Assembly (NCBI GenBank): GCA_963663765.2
Contig: CAXXUA010000006.1
Span: 288,001 to 352,000 of the forward strand
Direction of reading: 5' to 3'
Source of the DNA: Candidatus Poribacteria bacterium
Lineage (GTDB): Bacteria; Poribacteria; WGA-4E; WGA-3G
DNA length: 64,000 bases
The number at the start of each line of letters is the position of its first letter. Within the stretch, counting starts at the first letter, position 1. Below the pieces are notes generated by a model. That model saw only the letters and a list, made by a program, of their open reading frames with translations. It searched no databases and was not told the DNA's origin. This document shows positions 41,794-49,950 of this stretch, piece after piece. A program made the translations under genes and the position numbers.

Positions 41794-42260
41794 GGTATTT
41801 CTCCTTTCGTTTGTGCATCTTCTGGGCAAAATAATAGTTTATGCTATAAACAATGTAACATATTTTAGAGAAATCATGCAAAAGAATAATAAGGATTTCG
41901 CGGGTTGGTTTGCGGTATCGCGGATTACGCGGATTACGCGGAAGACGCGGATAATATCCCTGCGTTGGTAGGAGCGACCTCTAAATCAGGAAATCAACGG
42001 TAAGAATGCCTTTTGGCATTCCCAGGGTCAAGACCGTGAATGAATACAGTCGTGCCCGGTAAATCAACGGTATGAATGCCATTTAGGCATTCCCCGGGTC
42101 GCTCCTACCAGGGGCACCCAACACAGTCGTTGTTTGAAACCCCTCCCACAAGCGGGTCTTGTCCTCTTTTCTGAACCAGGATTTTCAGGATTAGCAGATT
42201 TCCAGGATTTACCGCATCCAGGGTTTCTGCTGATGGCAAGTGTATCTTCGGAATTGAACT

Positions 42261-42403
42261 TATAGGTGTCAACTTTAGAATTATTGTTTGCATTTTCTCT
42301 TGTGGGAGGGGTTTGAAACCCCGATTTGAGTGGAAATGCACTAAAAAATCGGGGTTTCAAACCCCTCCCACAAGAGGTTAAAATCCTTAAGTTGACACCT
42401 ATA
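42261..42403. mobile_element. Minimal M5 MITE (143 bp) with degenerate 20-bp duplication
   Basis: TATAGGTGTCAACT ... AGTTGACACCTATA; flanks TGTATCTTCGGAATTGAACT / GCTATCTTTGGAATTTAACG (15/20 identical). Confidence 0.7.
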
Positions 42404-42577
42404 GCTATCTTTGGAATTTAACGCAACTGCTTCAGACTCTAATTCTGATAATCCGATAATCCTGTAAATCCTGGTTCAGACAGACATTCGGTGTTTGTAA
42501 GCATGCCTGCAAGAGGGCGCGCTTAGAATGCACCAAATCAACGGTATGAATGCTATAAAGCATTCCCCGCCTGCATT

Positions 42578-43483
42578 TATGTAATGTGCGCGCGTACAAG
42601 AGGAGTTCAATTTGGATTTCGTCGGGATCGGTGTCGCTGAGGGGGACTCCTTTGAATGCGAGTTCACGGGTGATGGGTCCGCGGTTCTCTATGCCAATAC
42701 GTGGCGATTCTGTCAGATAACTGACAGGAAGATTGAATTTCTGTGATGTTTCTTTGCCGTCATTGTCCCAGTAGTAGCAGGCGGCGGTGAGGCTACGAGG
42801 GGCGTTGTCTGCGAACACTTGCGTCCATTTTTCGTTGGATGCATCAAGGTCGTAGAAGACGGTGGATGTGAGTGTGATGTTGCAACGTTCGTTGGTTGCG
42901 GCGGCAGGGAGTCTATATCGGCTTGCTTTGATGCCGGGGAGGAACGCGAGGTTCTGGTTGATGTTGAGGCTGAGGTCGGTGAAGATTGTAGCGATGCCTT
43001 CTTCCTCCAGACATCCGCCCTAGTTGGGATAGAAGGTGCCGAGGTCTGCGTCTGCGGGTAGCGGGTGGTTCGCGGTGTCGGTGCTGGTGAGTGCTATTTC
43101 CAGTTATCCGGGTGTAGTTGATGCGGTGAGTTCGGTTGCAGTGGAGATGGTTTTTTTGAATGCGGTTGTTGCGTAGAATTCGGTATCGGGTATGTAGGTG
43201 GCTATGGGTGTGCCGCTGTTGATGATAACCCGCCAGAATTCGTCCATTTTTTGCGTGTAGAGTTGCATTTCGTTGATCCCGCTACTTGCCCCTCCTGTCC
43301 TTGCTGATCGCGTGTGTCTGAGCGTCTTCCATCTATCTTCTCGCTTGTCTGAAGTTCGGATTGCAGGTCTAAATCCAGTGCGGTGAACGGAAATCGGTTC
43401 TGGACGAATTTTGTGAGTGTGTCGTTGTCTGTTTGTCTGGCGATGGCGAACCATGAGTTGTCGCTGTATCTTGGATTTATCAT
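42578..43483 (-). pseudogene. Decayed gene resembling a phage tail tube / major tail protein
   Basis: Start MINPRYSDNSW with AAGGA RBS; one frameshift near 43280-43300; in-frame stops at 43104-43106 and 43020-43022; read-through gives FTDLSLNINQNL..NITLTSTVFYD..ESPRIGIENRGPITRELAFKG. Confidence 0.5.
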
Positions 43484-43952
43484 TGTTTTGTTATCCTTGT
43501 GTGTTTGTGTTGTAAGTAGTATATCTTATGGTGTGTGTGTTTGGGGGGAATTTTGGGGTGGAGAACAATAGATATACAATAGATATGGGGTGGCTTTGTG
43601 GTTGAATCGCGGATTACGCGGGTTACACGGATTTCGCGGATGAGACCTCTACATCAACATTTATCGCGTAGGATAGGCGTTTTCTAAGGAATAGGATCTA
43701 TTGCAGGTGTCTTCTCCGCGTTCATCTGTGTAATCCGAGTAATCCGCGATTCCGTACGCACACCCTGCGTTGGTAGGAGGGACCCGGGGAATGCCATACG
43801 CGCATTCATACCGTTGATTTGCTGGTCGCGACCGTTTTCATTCACAGTCGTGACCATGATGTCGTTCCTACCGAAAAGATCGGGGTTACAAACCCCGCCC
43901 ACAAAAAACTCAAGTGACAATTGAATGCCTCTTAGTCAATTGTGCAAAAGTA

Positions 43953-43981
43953 TTGACAGATTAGGATGTATGTGGTACCAT
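43953..43981 (+). promoter_or_regulatory. Sigma70-type promoter of the ParA-HEPN pair
   Basis: TTGACA-17 bp-TACCAT. Confidence 0.55.
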
Positions 43982-44020
43982 ATGAAACAACAATTTTTTT
44001 GATTACAAGGATGTTTCATA

Positions 44021-45109
44021 ATGGCAAAACAGATAGCACTATTCAATCATAAAGGTGGAGTCGGTAAAACAACAACAACTTTTAATCTTGGTTGGATGCT
44101 GGCAGAAAAAGGGAAAAAGGTCATTATCGTTGACTGTGACCCGCAGTGCAATCTCACGGGAATGGTGCTTGGGTTTAAGGGTAGCGATGATTTTGCGTCA
44201 ATGTATGCATCCGATGGTGTAACCAATATCAGAGATGGATTGGCACCCGCTTTTGAATCACAACCTGTGAACATTGCACCTGTAAAATGTGTATCAATTG
44301 ATGAACAACCGAACATGCACCTCTTGCCGGGACACATCGGTCTGGCAGAATATGAAGTTACGTTGGGAATTGCTCAGGCACTAACAGGTTCACTGATAAC
44401 GCTTCAGAATTTACCGGGGTCCTTGAATTATCTATTTAACAAAACCGCAGAAAAGTATGATGCTGATTATATTTTGATAGATATGAGTCCGAGTTTGGGA
44501 CCGATCAATCAAAATTTATTGACGACAAGTGACTATTTTATTGTTCCGATGTTTCCAGATTACTTCTCAGCGATGGCGACAGAGAGTCTCGCTTCAATCT
44601 TACCCAAATGGTCAGCGTGGGCAGAAAACGCTAAGACATTGGACATACTCAAAGATGCGATATATCCTTTTCCAGGCAAACACCCTAAATTTCTTGGAAC
44701 GATAATTCAGAATTATAACATCAGGAAAGGAAAACCTGCTGCTGCTTTTAATCAATGGATTCATGAGATACAAAAAGGTGTCCAAACAAAACTTATGCCT
44801 GCGTTAGGTGATAGCAATATGCTCCTACCGGATGAAATCTATTATGAGGCGAGTATGATTGGATCTGATGTAAAGCAGATACCTCTTTTTTTTGACGGCA
44901 TTGCAAGCCAGCCGATTCTCCAATTACCTAATTTCAATACGCTTATTCCGCTTTCCCAAAAATATAACGTTCCGATATTTAATTTAACCGATGCACAGCT
45001 TGAAAAAGAAGGGAACGTCCTTGAAAATATGAAAAAATCTATGAAGAAGTTTCGTGTTTTATTTTCTGATGGGGCAGATCGGATAATAACTCTTACCGAC
45101 AATGCTTAA
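44021..45109 (+). CDS. ParA/Soj-family ATPase (orphan, HEPN-associated type)
   Basis: FNHKGGVGKTTT, VDCDPQCNLT, LIDMSPSLG; long C-terminal part; no ParB adjacent. Confidence 0.88.
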   Translation: MAKQIALFNHKGGVGKTTTTFNLGWMLAEKGKKVIIVDCDPQCNLTGMVLGFKGSDDFASMYASDGVTNIRDGLAPAFESQPVNIAPVKCVSIDEQPNMHLLPGHIGLAEYEVTLGIAQALTGSLITLQNLPGSLNYLFNKTAEKYDADYILIDMSPSLGPINQNLLTTSDYFIVPMFPDYFSAMATESLASILPKWSAWAENAKTLDILKDAIYPFPGKHPKFLGTIIQNYNIRKGKPAAAFNQWIHEIQKGVQTKLMPALGDSNMLLPDEIYYEASMIGSDVKQIPLFFDGIASQPILQLPNFNTLIPLSQKYNVPIFNLTDAQLEKEGNVLENMKKSMKKFRVLFSDGADRIITLTDNA

Positions 45110-45683
45110 TCCTATAGAACAATTTCGGGAGAATATAACACGAATACGTGATCTCGGTGGTGTGTATACAACTTTTAGTAATGTTACGACTGCTGTAGTT
45201 GATTTAACGGATTTGTTACGCGCACAAATCGTCATGATTGTGAGTGCACATGACCTTTATGTCCACGAGATCACAAGAGCGGGTATGTTGGAAATCTACA
45301 ATGGAAACCGACCACAAACGGATTCTTTTTTACGATTTCAGGTAACTTTAGGTACAGCAATAGATGGTATTGCCAACCCCACTGTAAGCGATTGGCTTGA
45401 TATAGAAATCCGAGAAAGACATAGTCACTTATCATTTCAGGTTTCGTCATGTGAGTTGTGGCCGTCTGTAGCGCGAGAACTTCACATTGATGTTCAAGAT
45501 GTAAAAAATCGGGTGCGTGCAATCGTCAAGCGCCGCAACCAAATTGTCCATGAGGCTGATTTAGATCCCACCTACCCAGGCACTATTATCAGAAGATCAA
45601 TCACTCCTGCAGACGTAACAAGCACAGTTGATTTTATCCAAGATGTTTGCGAAGCAATTGACACCATTTCCAGTCAAACCTAA
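45102..45683 (+). CDS. HEPN-domain protein (RiboL-PSP-HEPN-like), putative RNase
   Basis: LLRAQIVMIVSAHDLYVHE helix and Rx4H motif RRNQIVH; overlaps the ParA stop by 8 nt. Confidence 0.78.
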   Translation: MLNPIEQFRENITRIRDLGGVYTTFSNVTTAVVDLTDLLRAQIVMIVSAHDLYVHEITRAGMLEIYNGNRPQTDSFLRFQVTLGTAIDGIANPTVSDWLDIEIRERHSHLSFQVSSCELWPSVARELHIDVQDVKNRVRAIVKRRNQIVHEADLDPTYPGTIIRRSITPADVTSTVDFIQDVCEAIDTISSQT

Positions 45684-45780
45684 AATATTTTACACCGTTG
45701 ATTTGTAAATCTTGGTTCAGACAGAATTGCGGATAACACGGATTACGCGGATAAGACCTCTTGGTAGGAGCGTTTTCAAT

Positions 45781-46345
45781 CACAGTCGCGACCGGGAGGT
45801 CGCTCCTACCATTTCATTCACAGTCGCGACCGGGAGGTCGCTCCTACCAACACATTCACAGTCGCGACCGGGAGGTCGCTCCTACCATTTCATTCACAGT
45901 CGCGACCGGGAGGTCGCTCCTACCAACACATTCACAGTCGCGACCGGGAGGTCGCTCCTACCAACACATTCACAGTCGCGACCGAGAGGTCGCTCCTACC
46001 AATTCATTCACAGTCGCAACCGAGAGGTCGCTCCTACCAACACATTCACAGTCGCGACCGGGAGGTCGCTCCTACCAATTCATTCACAGTCGCGACCGGG
46101 AGGTCGCTCCTACCAACACATTCACAGTCGCGACCGGGAGGTCGCTCCTACCAACACATTCACAGTCGCGACCGGGAGGTCGCTCCTACCAACACATTCA
46201 CAGTCGCGACCGGGAGGTCGCTCCTACCAACACATTCACAGTCGCGACCGGGAGGTCGCTCCTACCAACACATTCACAGTCGCGACCGGGAGGTCGCTCC
46301 TACCAACACATTCACAGTCGCGACCGGGAGGTCGCTCCTACCAAC
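45781..46345. repeat. 38-bp tandem repeat, 15 units, each a REP (GTAGGAGCGACCTCCCGGTCGCGA on minus)
   Basis: Units start every 38 bp from 45781 to 46313; no unique spacers. Confidence 0.92.
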
Positions 46346-46548
46346 GTGTATCCCCTCTTGTGGGAGGTGTTTTCAACCCCGACCTTTTACGCGGCTTTGG
46401 GCACAGAATCACGGATTGCGCGGAAGAACGCGGAAAAGATCCCCATCAACATTTATCGCGTAGGATAGGCATTTTCTAAGGAATAGGATCTATTGCAGAT
46501 GTCTTCTCCGCGAACTCCGTGTAATCCGCGATTGTGAAATCGGGGTTG

Positions 46549-47244
46549 TTATCGTTTGTTTTTGATGCTTCCCCATGTGGTTGTGAGCTTGGCTTTTGGG
46601 TCTACGGGAAAACTGGAATCGCCGAAGTATTCGATTTCGCCAATTTGAAAGTATGCGCCAGTCGGGTGCAATGGGGTTTCAAAAGTAACAAACCGAAAAA
46701 AACGATATCCGGTTTTTGGCTCGTCGTAATCATCGCCTGCATCAAAACGGACGACTTGAAGTCGCTCATTCCAAAAACTATCGCCGTCGTGCGCAAAGAT
46801 GGTCGTAAAATTATCACCGTCGTTTGACCCCTGAATTTCCCATACTGAAGGGTCTCTCCCGGGATAATCGTTTGCTGAAGATACGGTGAAATGTGTCAAT
46901 AAGTATGCGTCTTCAAACTCAGCCGTCACGTGTAAACCGTCTTCTGGAACGCCGTTTGCAGGTCCGCAGCACCATTTGTCGTTGCTGGGACCAAGTCGGT
47001 TATCAAAGACGTTAAATGCGGATTCCCCGCCCCCGAATCCGGGTTCGTCGTTGGCTGTGAAAATGGCGTTGTATCCTTCATCTGTATCCGGTTGCCCGTC
47101 ATCTTCTGGGTCGGTGAGGTCGCCGCCGAGTAGTGATGCTGTCTGTGTGCCCAAGATTTCCTCTGCTTGTACTATGTCGTTGTTGTTGATAGCAAAACAG
47201 GCTATCAGCAACACAATTCCTGCGAATACCAAGATAGATTTCAT
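46549..47244 (-). CDS. Secreted discoidin/F5-8 type C-like protein with KWCC motif and conserved C-terminal tail
   Basis: Signal peptide; AFNVFD..KWCCGP, THFTVSSAND.P.RDP..WEIQGSNDG, YRFFRF, QIGEIEYFG; tail VDPKAKLTTTWGSIK. Confidence 0.8.
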   Translation of the reverse strand: MKSILVFAGIVLLIACFAINNNDIVQAEEILGTQTASLLGGDLTDPEDDGQPDTDEGYNAIFTANDEPGFGGGESAFNVFDNRLGPSNDKWCCGPANGVPEDGLHVTAEFEDAYLLTHFTVSSANDYPGRDPSVWEIQGSNDGDNFTTIFAHDGDSFWNERLQVVRFDAGDDYDEPKTGYRFFRFVTFETPLHPTGAYFQIGEIEYFGDSSFPVDPKAKLTTTWGSIKNKR

Positions 47245-47348
47245 GCTATATTATCTCCTAAATGTAATGAATCTCACTTTTGCGTGAGTTTTGTGTTAAG
47301 TTTTCTGGCAGTTTGATTGCACTGCACCTATTTATTTTGTTGAGTTTG

Positions 47349-47499
47349 TCTGAACCAGGATTTTCAGGATTTCCAGATTTTCAGGATTTCCCCTATCCAT
47401 GTATTTATGATGTGCGTTTATGCTTACTTTTGATTAGCAGCCTAATGAGCCAAACTCATAATCCTGGTAATCTGGTAATCCTGTCCATCCTGGTTCAGA
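47349..47499. repeat. TCTGAACCAGGATTTTCAGGATT ... AATCCTGGTTCAGA inverted-repeat element (family H)
   Basis: Many copies from 42170 to 62822, between nearly all accessory genes. Confidence 0.75.
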
Positions 47500-47559
47500 C
47501 AGAATCGCGGCGGACCCGTTACATCCAAGTCATCCGCGAAATCTGTCGGGGGTGGGTTG

Positions 47560-48258
47560 TTATTTGTTGTTTTTGATGCTTCCCCATGTGGTTGTGAGCT
47601 TGGCTTTTGGGTCTACGGGTGTCGTTCCGACTTCGCCGAAGTATTCGATTTCGCCAAGTTGAAAGTATGCCCCAGTCTCGCCCGCTGCAGTGGTCAAAGT
47701 GACAAACCGAAAGAACTTGTATGCTTCGGTTTGAGCGTCGTAATCGTCGCCTGCATCAAAACGGATGACTTGCAGCCGCTCAGTCCACAAACTATCGCCT
47801 TCGTGAGCAAAGATGGTCGTGAAATCCTCGCCATCGTTTGACCCCTGAACTTCCCAGACTATCGGGTCTCTTGCGGGTGCATCGTTTGCTGAAGATACGG
47901 TGAAATGTGTCAAGATGTATGTCTGCTCAAGCTCAGCTGTGATGTGTAGTCCATCATCTGGAATGCCGCCATTAGGTCCGCAACACCATTTTGCATTGCC
48001 GCCGCCGAGTTGGTTATCAAAGACGTTAAATGCATTTTCTCCGCCACCGAATGAGGGTTCGTCGTTGGCTGTAAATATGGCGTTGTACCCTTCATCTGCA
48101 TCAGGCTGACCGTCGTCTTCTGGGTCGGTGAGGTCGCCACCGAGTAGTGATTCTGTGCCTGTGCCTAAGACTTCTGATGCCTGTGCTATGTCGTTGTTAC
48201 TGATAACAAAACAAACTGTCATTAACACAATTCCTGTTAATGCTAACATATTTTTCAT
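47560..48258 (-). CDS. Secreted discoidin/F5-8 type C-like protein, paralog 2 (KWCC)
   Basis: Same motifs and tail as 46549-47244. Confidence 0.8.
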   Translation of the reverse strand: MKNMLALTGIVLMTVCFVISNNDIAQASEVLGTGTESLLGGDLTDPEDDGQPDADEGYNAIFTANDEPSFGGGENAFNVFDNQLGGGNAKWCCGPNGGIPDDGLHITAELEQTYILTHFTVSSANDAPARDPIVWEVQGSNDGEDFTTIFAHEGDSLWTERLQVIRFDAGDDYDAQTEAYKFFRFVTLTTAAGETGAYFQLGEIEYFGEVGTTPVDPKAKLTTTWGSIKNNK

Positions 48259-48371
48259 GTTGTTTAATCTCCTAAAGATTTTGAAATGAATCTCACTTTT
48301 GCGTAAGTTTCATGTTAAGTTTTCGGGCAGTTTGAATGAACTGCATCTATTTATTTTACTAAGAGTGATTT

Positions 48372-48401
48372 ATTATAACAAATTTTTATTAACAAAGTCA
48401 A
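48372..48401 (-). promoter_or_regulatory. Sigma70-type promoter of paralog 2
   Basis: Minus strand TTGACT-18 bp-TATAAT with extended TG; similar -35 at 49598-49603 for paralog 3. Confidence 0.55.
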
Positions 48402-48786
48402 TATCATTTTTTCTGAATCACTGAGGTCGTGATTCTGTCTGAACCAGGATTTTCAGATTAGCAGGATTAGAGTCTGAAGCAGTTGGGTTCCATTCCGAAA
48501 AATCACTTGCGATCAGCAAAAACACTTGTGTCTGTCTGAACCAGGATTTACAGGATTTTGAGTTTTTCAGGATTAGTGTCTGAAGCAGTTTGGTTCTATT
48601 CCGAAGATAGCTATAGGTTCCATTCCGAAGACAGCCTTGCGATCAGAAAAACTCTTGAAGCGGTAAATCCTGGTAATCTGGTAATCCTGTAAATCCTGGT
48701 TCAGACGAGAGGGCGCGCTTACAAAGCACCAAATCAAGAAATCAACGGTATGAATGCCATTTAGGCATTCCCCGCCTGCATTTGGG

Positions 48787-49464
48787 TTATCGTTTGTTTT
48801 TGATGCTTCCCCATGTAGTTGTAAGTTTGGATTTTGGGTCTACGGGAAAGCTTGTTTCGCCGAAGTATTCGATTTCGCCAAGTTGAAAGTTCTGTACGGT
48901 TTCAAAAGCAATAAACCGAAAAAACCGATATCCGGTTTTTGGCTCTTCGTAATCATCGCCTGCATCAAAACGGATGACTTGCAGCCGCTCAGTCCACAAA
49001 CTACCGCCGTCGTGAGAAAAGATGGTCGTGAAATCCTCGCCGTTGTTCGACCCCTGTATTTCCCAGACTGTTGGGTCCCTATTAGGAGTATCGTTCGCTG
49101 AAGATACGGTGAAATGTGTCAATGCGTATGCCTCTTCAAACTCAGCAGTTACGTGTATGCCTCCCGCCGGAAGGCTTTGAGGTCCTCAGCACCATTTTGC
49201 ATTACCGCCGCCGAGTTGGTTATCAAAGACGTTAAACGCATTTTCACCGCCGCCGAATCCGGGTTCCTCGCTAGATGTGAACGTGGCGTTGTATCCTTCA
49301 TCTGCGTCAGCAGCACCGTCGTCTTCTGGGTCGGTGAGGTCGCCGCCGAGCAGTGATGCTGTTTGTGTGCCTAAGACTTTTTCTGCATGTGCTATATCGC
49401 TCGTGTTGATAACAAAACAGGCTATCATCAACACAATTCCTGCGAATACCAAGATAGATTTCAT
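48787..49464 (-). CDS. Discoidin-like paralog 3 with in-frame TGA at a Cys position: candidate selenoprotein (225 aa, KWC-U-GP); alternatively a nonsense pseudogene
   Basis: ORFs 49186-49464 and 48787-49122 are in one frame; single TGA at 49186-49188 aligns to the second Cys of KWCC; downstream hairpin; rest of gene intact. Confidence 0.75.
49159..49175 (-). promoter_or_regulatory. Putative bacterial SECIS hairpin
   Basis: mRNA UGA-GGACCUCAAA-GCCUUCC-GGC-GGGAGGC: 7-bp stem, G-initiated loop starting 18 nt after UGA. Confidence 0.65.
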
Positions 49465-49950
49465 GATGTTTTATCTCCTAGATGTAATGAATCTCACTTT
49501 TACGTGAGTTTCATGTTAAGTTTTTGTGCAGTTTGATTGCACTGCACGTATTTATTTTTACTAACTTGTGTTCTACCATAACATATTTTAAATAAAAAGT
49601 CAATATCATTTTTTTCTGAATCGCTGAGGTCGCGAATCTGTCTGAACCAGGATTTTCAGGATTAGCGTCTGAAGCAGTTTGGTTTCCATTCCGAAGATAG
49701 CCTTGCGATCAGGAAAATTCCTTGTGTCTGTCTGATCTAGGATTTTCAGGATCTTGAGATTAGCAGGATTAGTGTCTGAAGGAGTTTGGTTCCATTCCGA
49801 AGATACACATAGGCGTCAACTTAAGGATTTTAACCTCTTGTGGGAGGGGTTTGCAACACCGATTTTATGTGCATTTCCGCTCAAATCGGTGTTGCAAACC
49901 CCTCCCACAAGAGAAAAAGAACCCTACATCAACAGAAAAGGACAAACGAT

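Noticed and set aside
43020-43106. Stop-codon recoding in the phage-like gene
   Set aside because: Stops are of two kinds (TAA and TAG) and come with a frameshift, which fits decay.
44021-45109. Chromosome or plasmid partition locus
   Set aside because: No parB, parS-like site or rep gene recognised; the partner is a HEPN protein.
45781-46345. CRISPR array
   Set aside because: The 38-bp units are contiguous with only about 8-nt near-identical linkers; no unique spacers and no cas genes.
45712-46479. 255-aa and 235-aa repeat ORFs
   Set aside because: Artefacts of the 38-bp tandem repeat.
49186-49464. Two separate small genes or a frameshifted pseudogene
   Set aside because: Both pieces are in the same frame and join through one TGA; reported as a single CDS, with nonsense mutation kept as the alternative.
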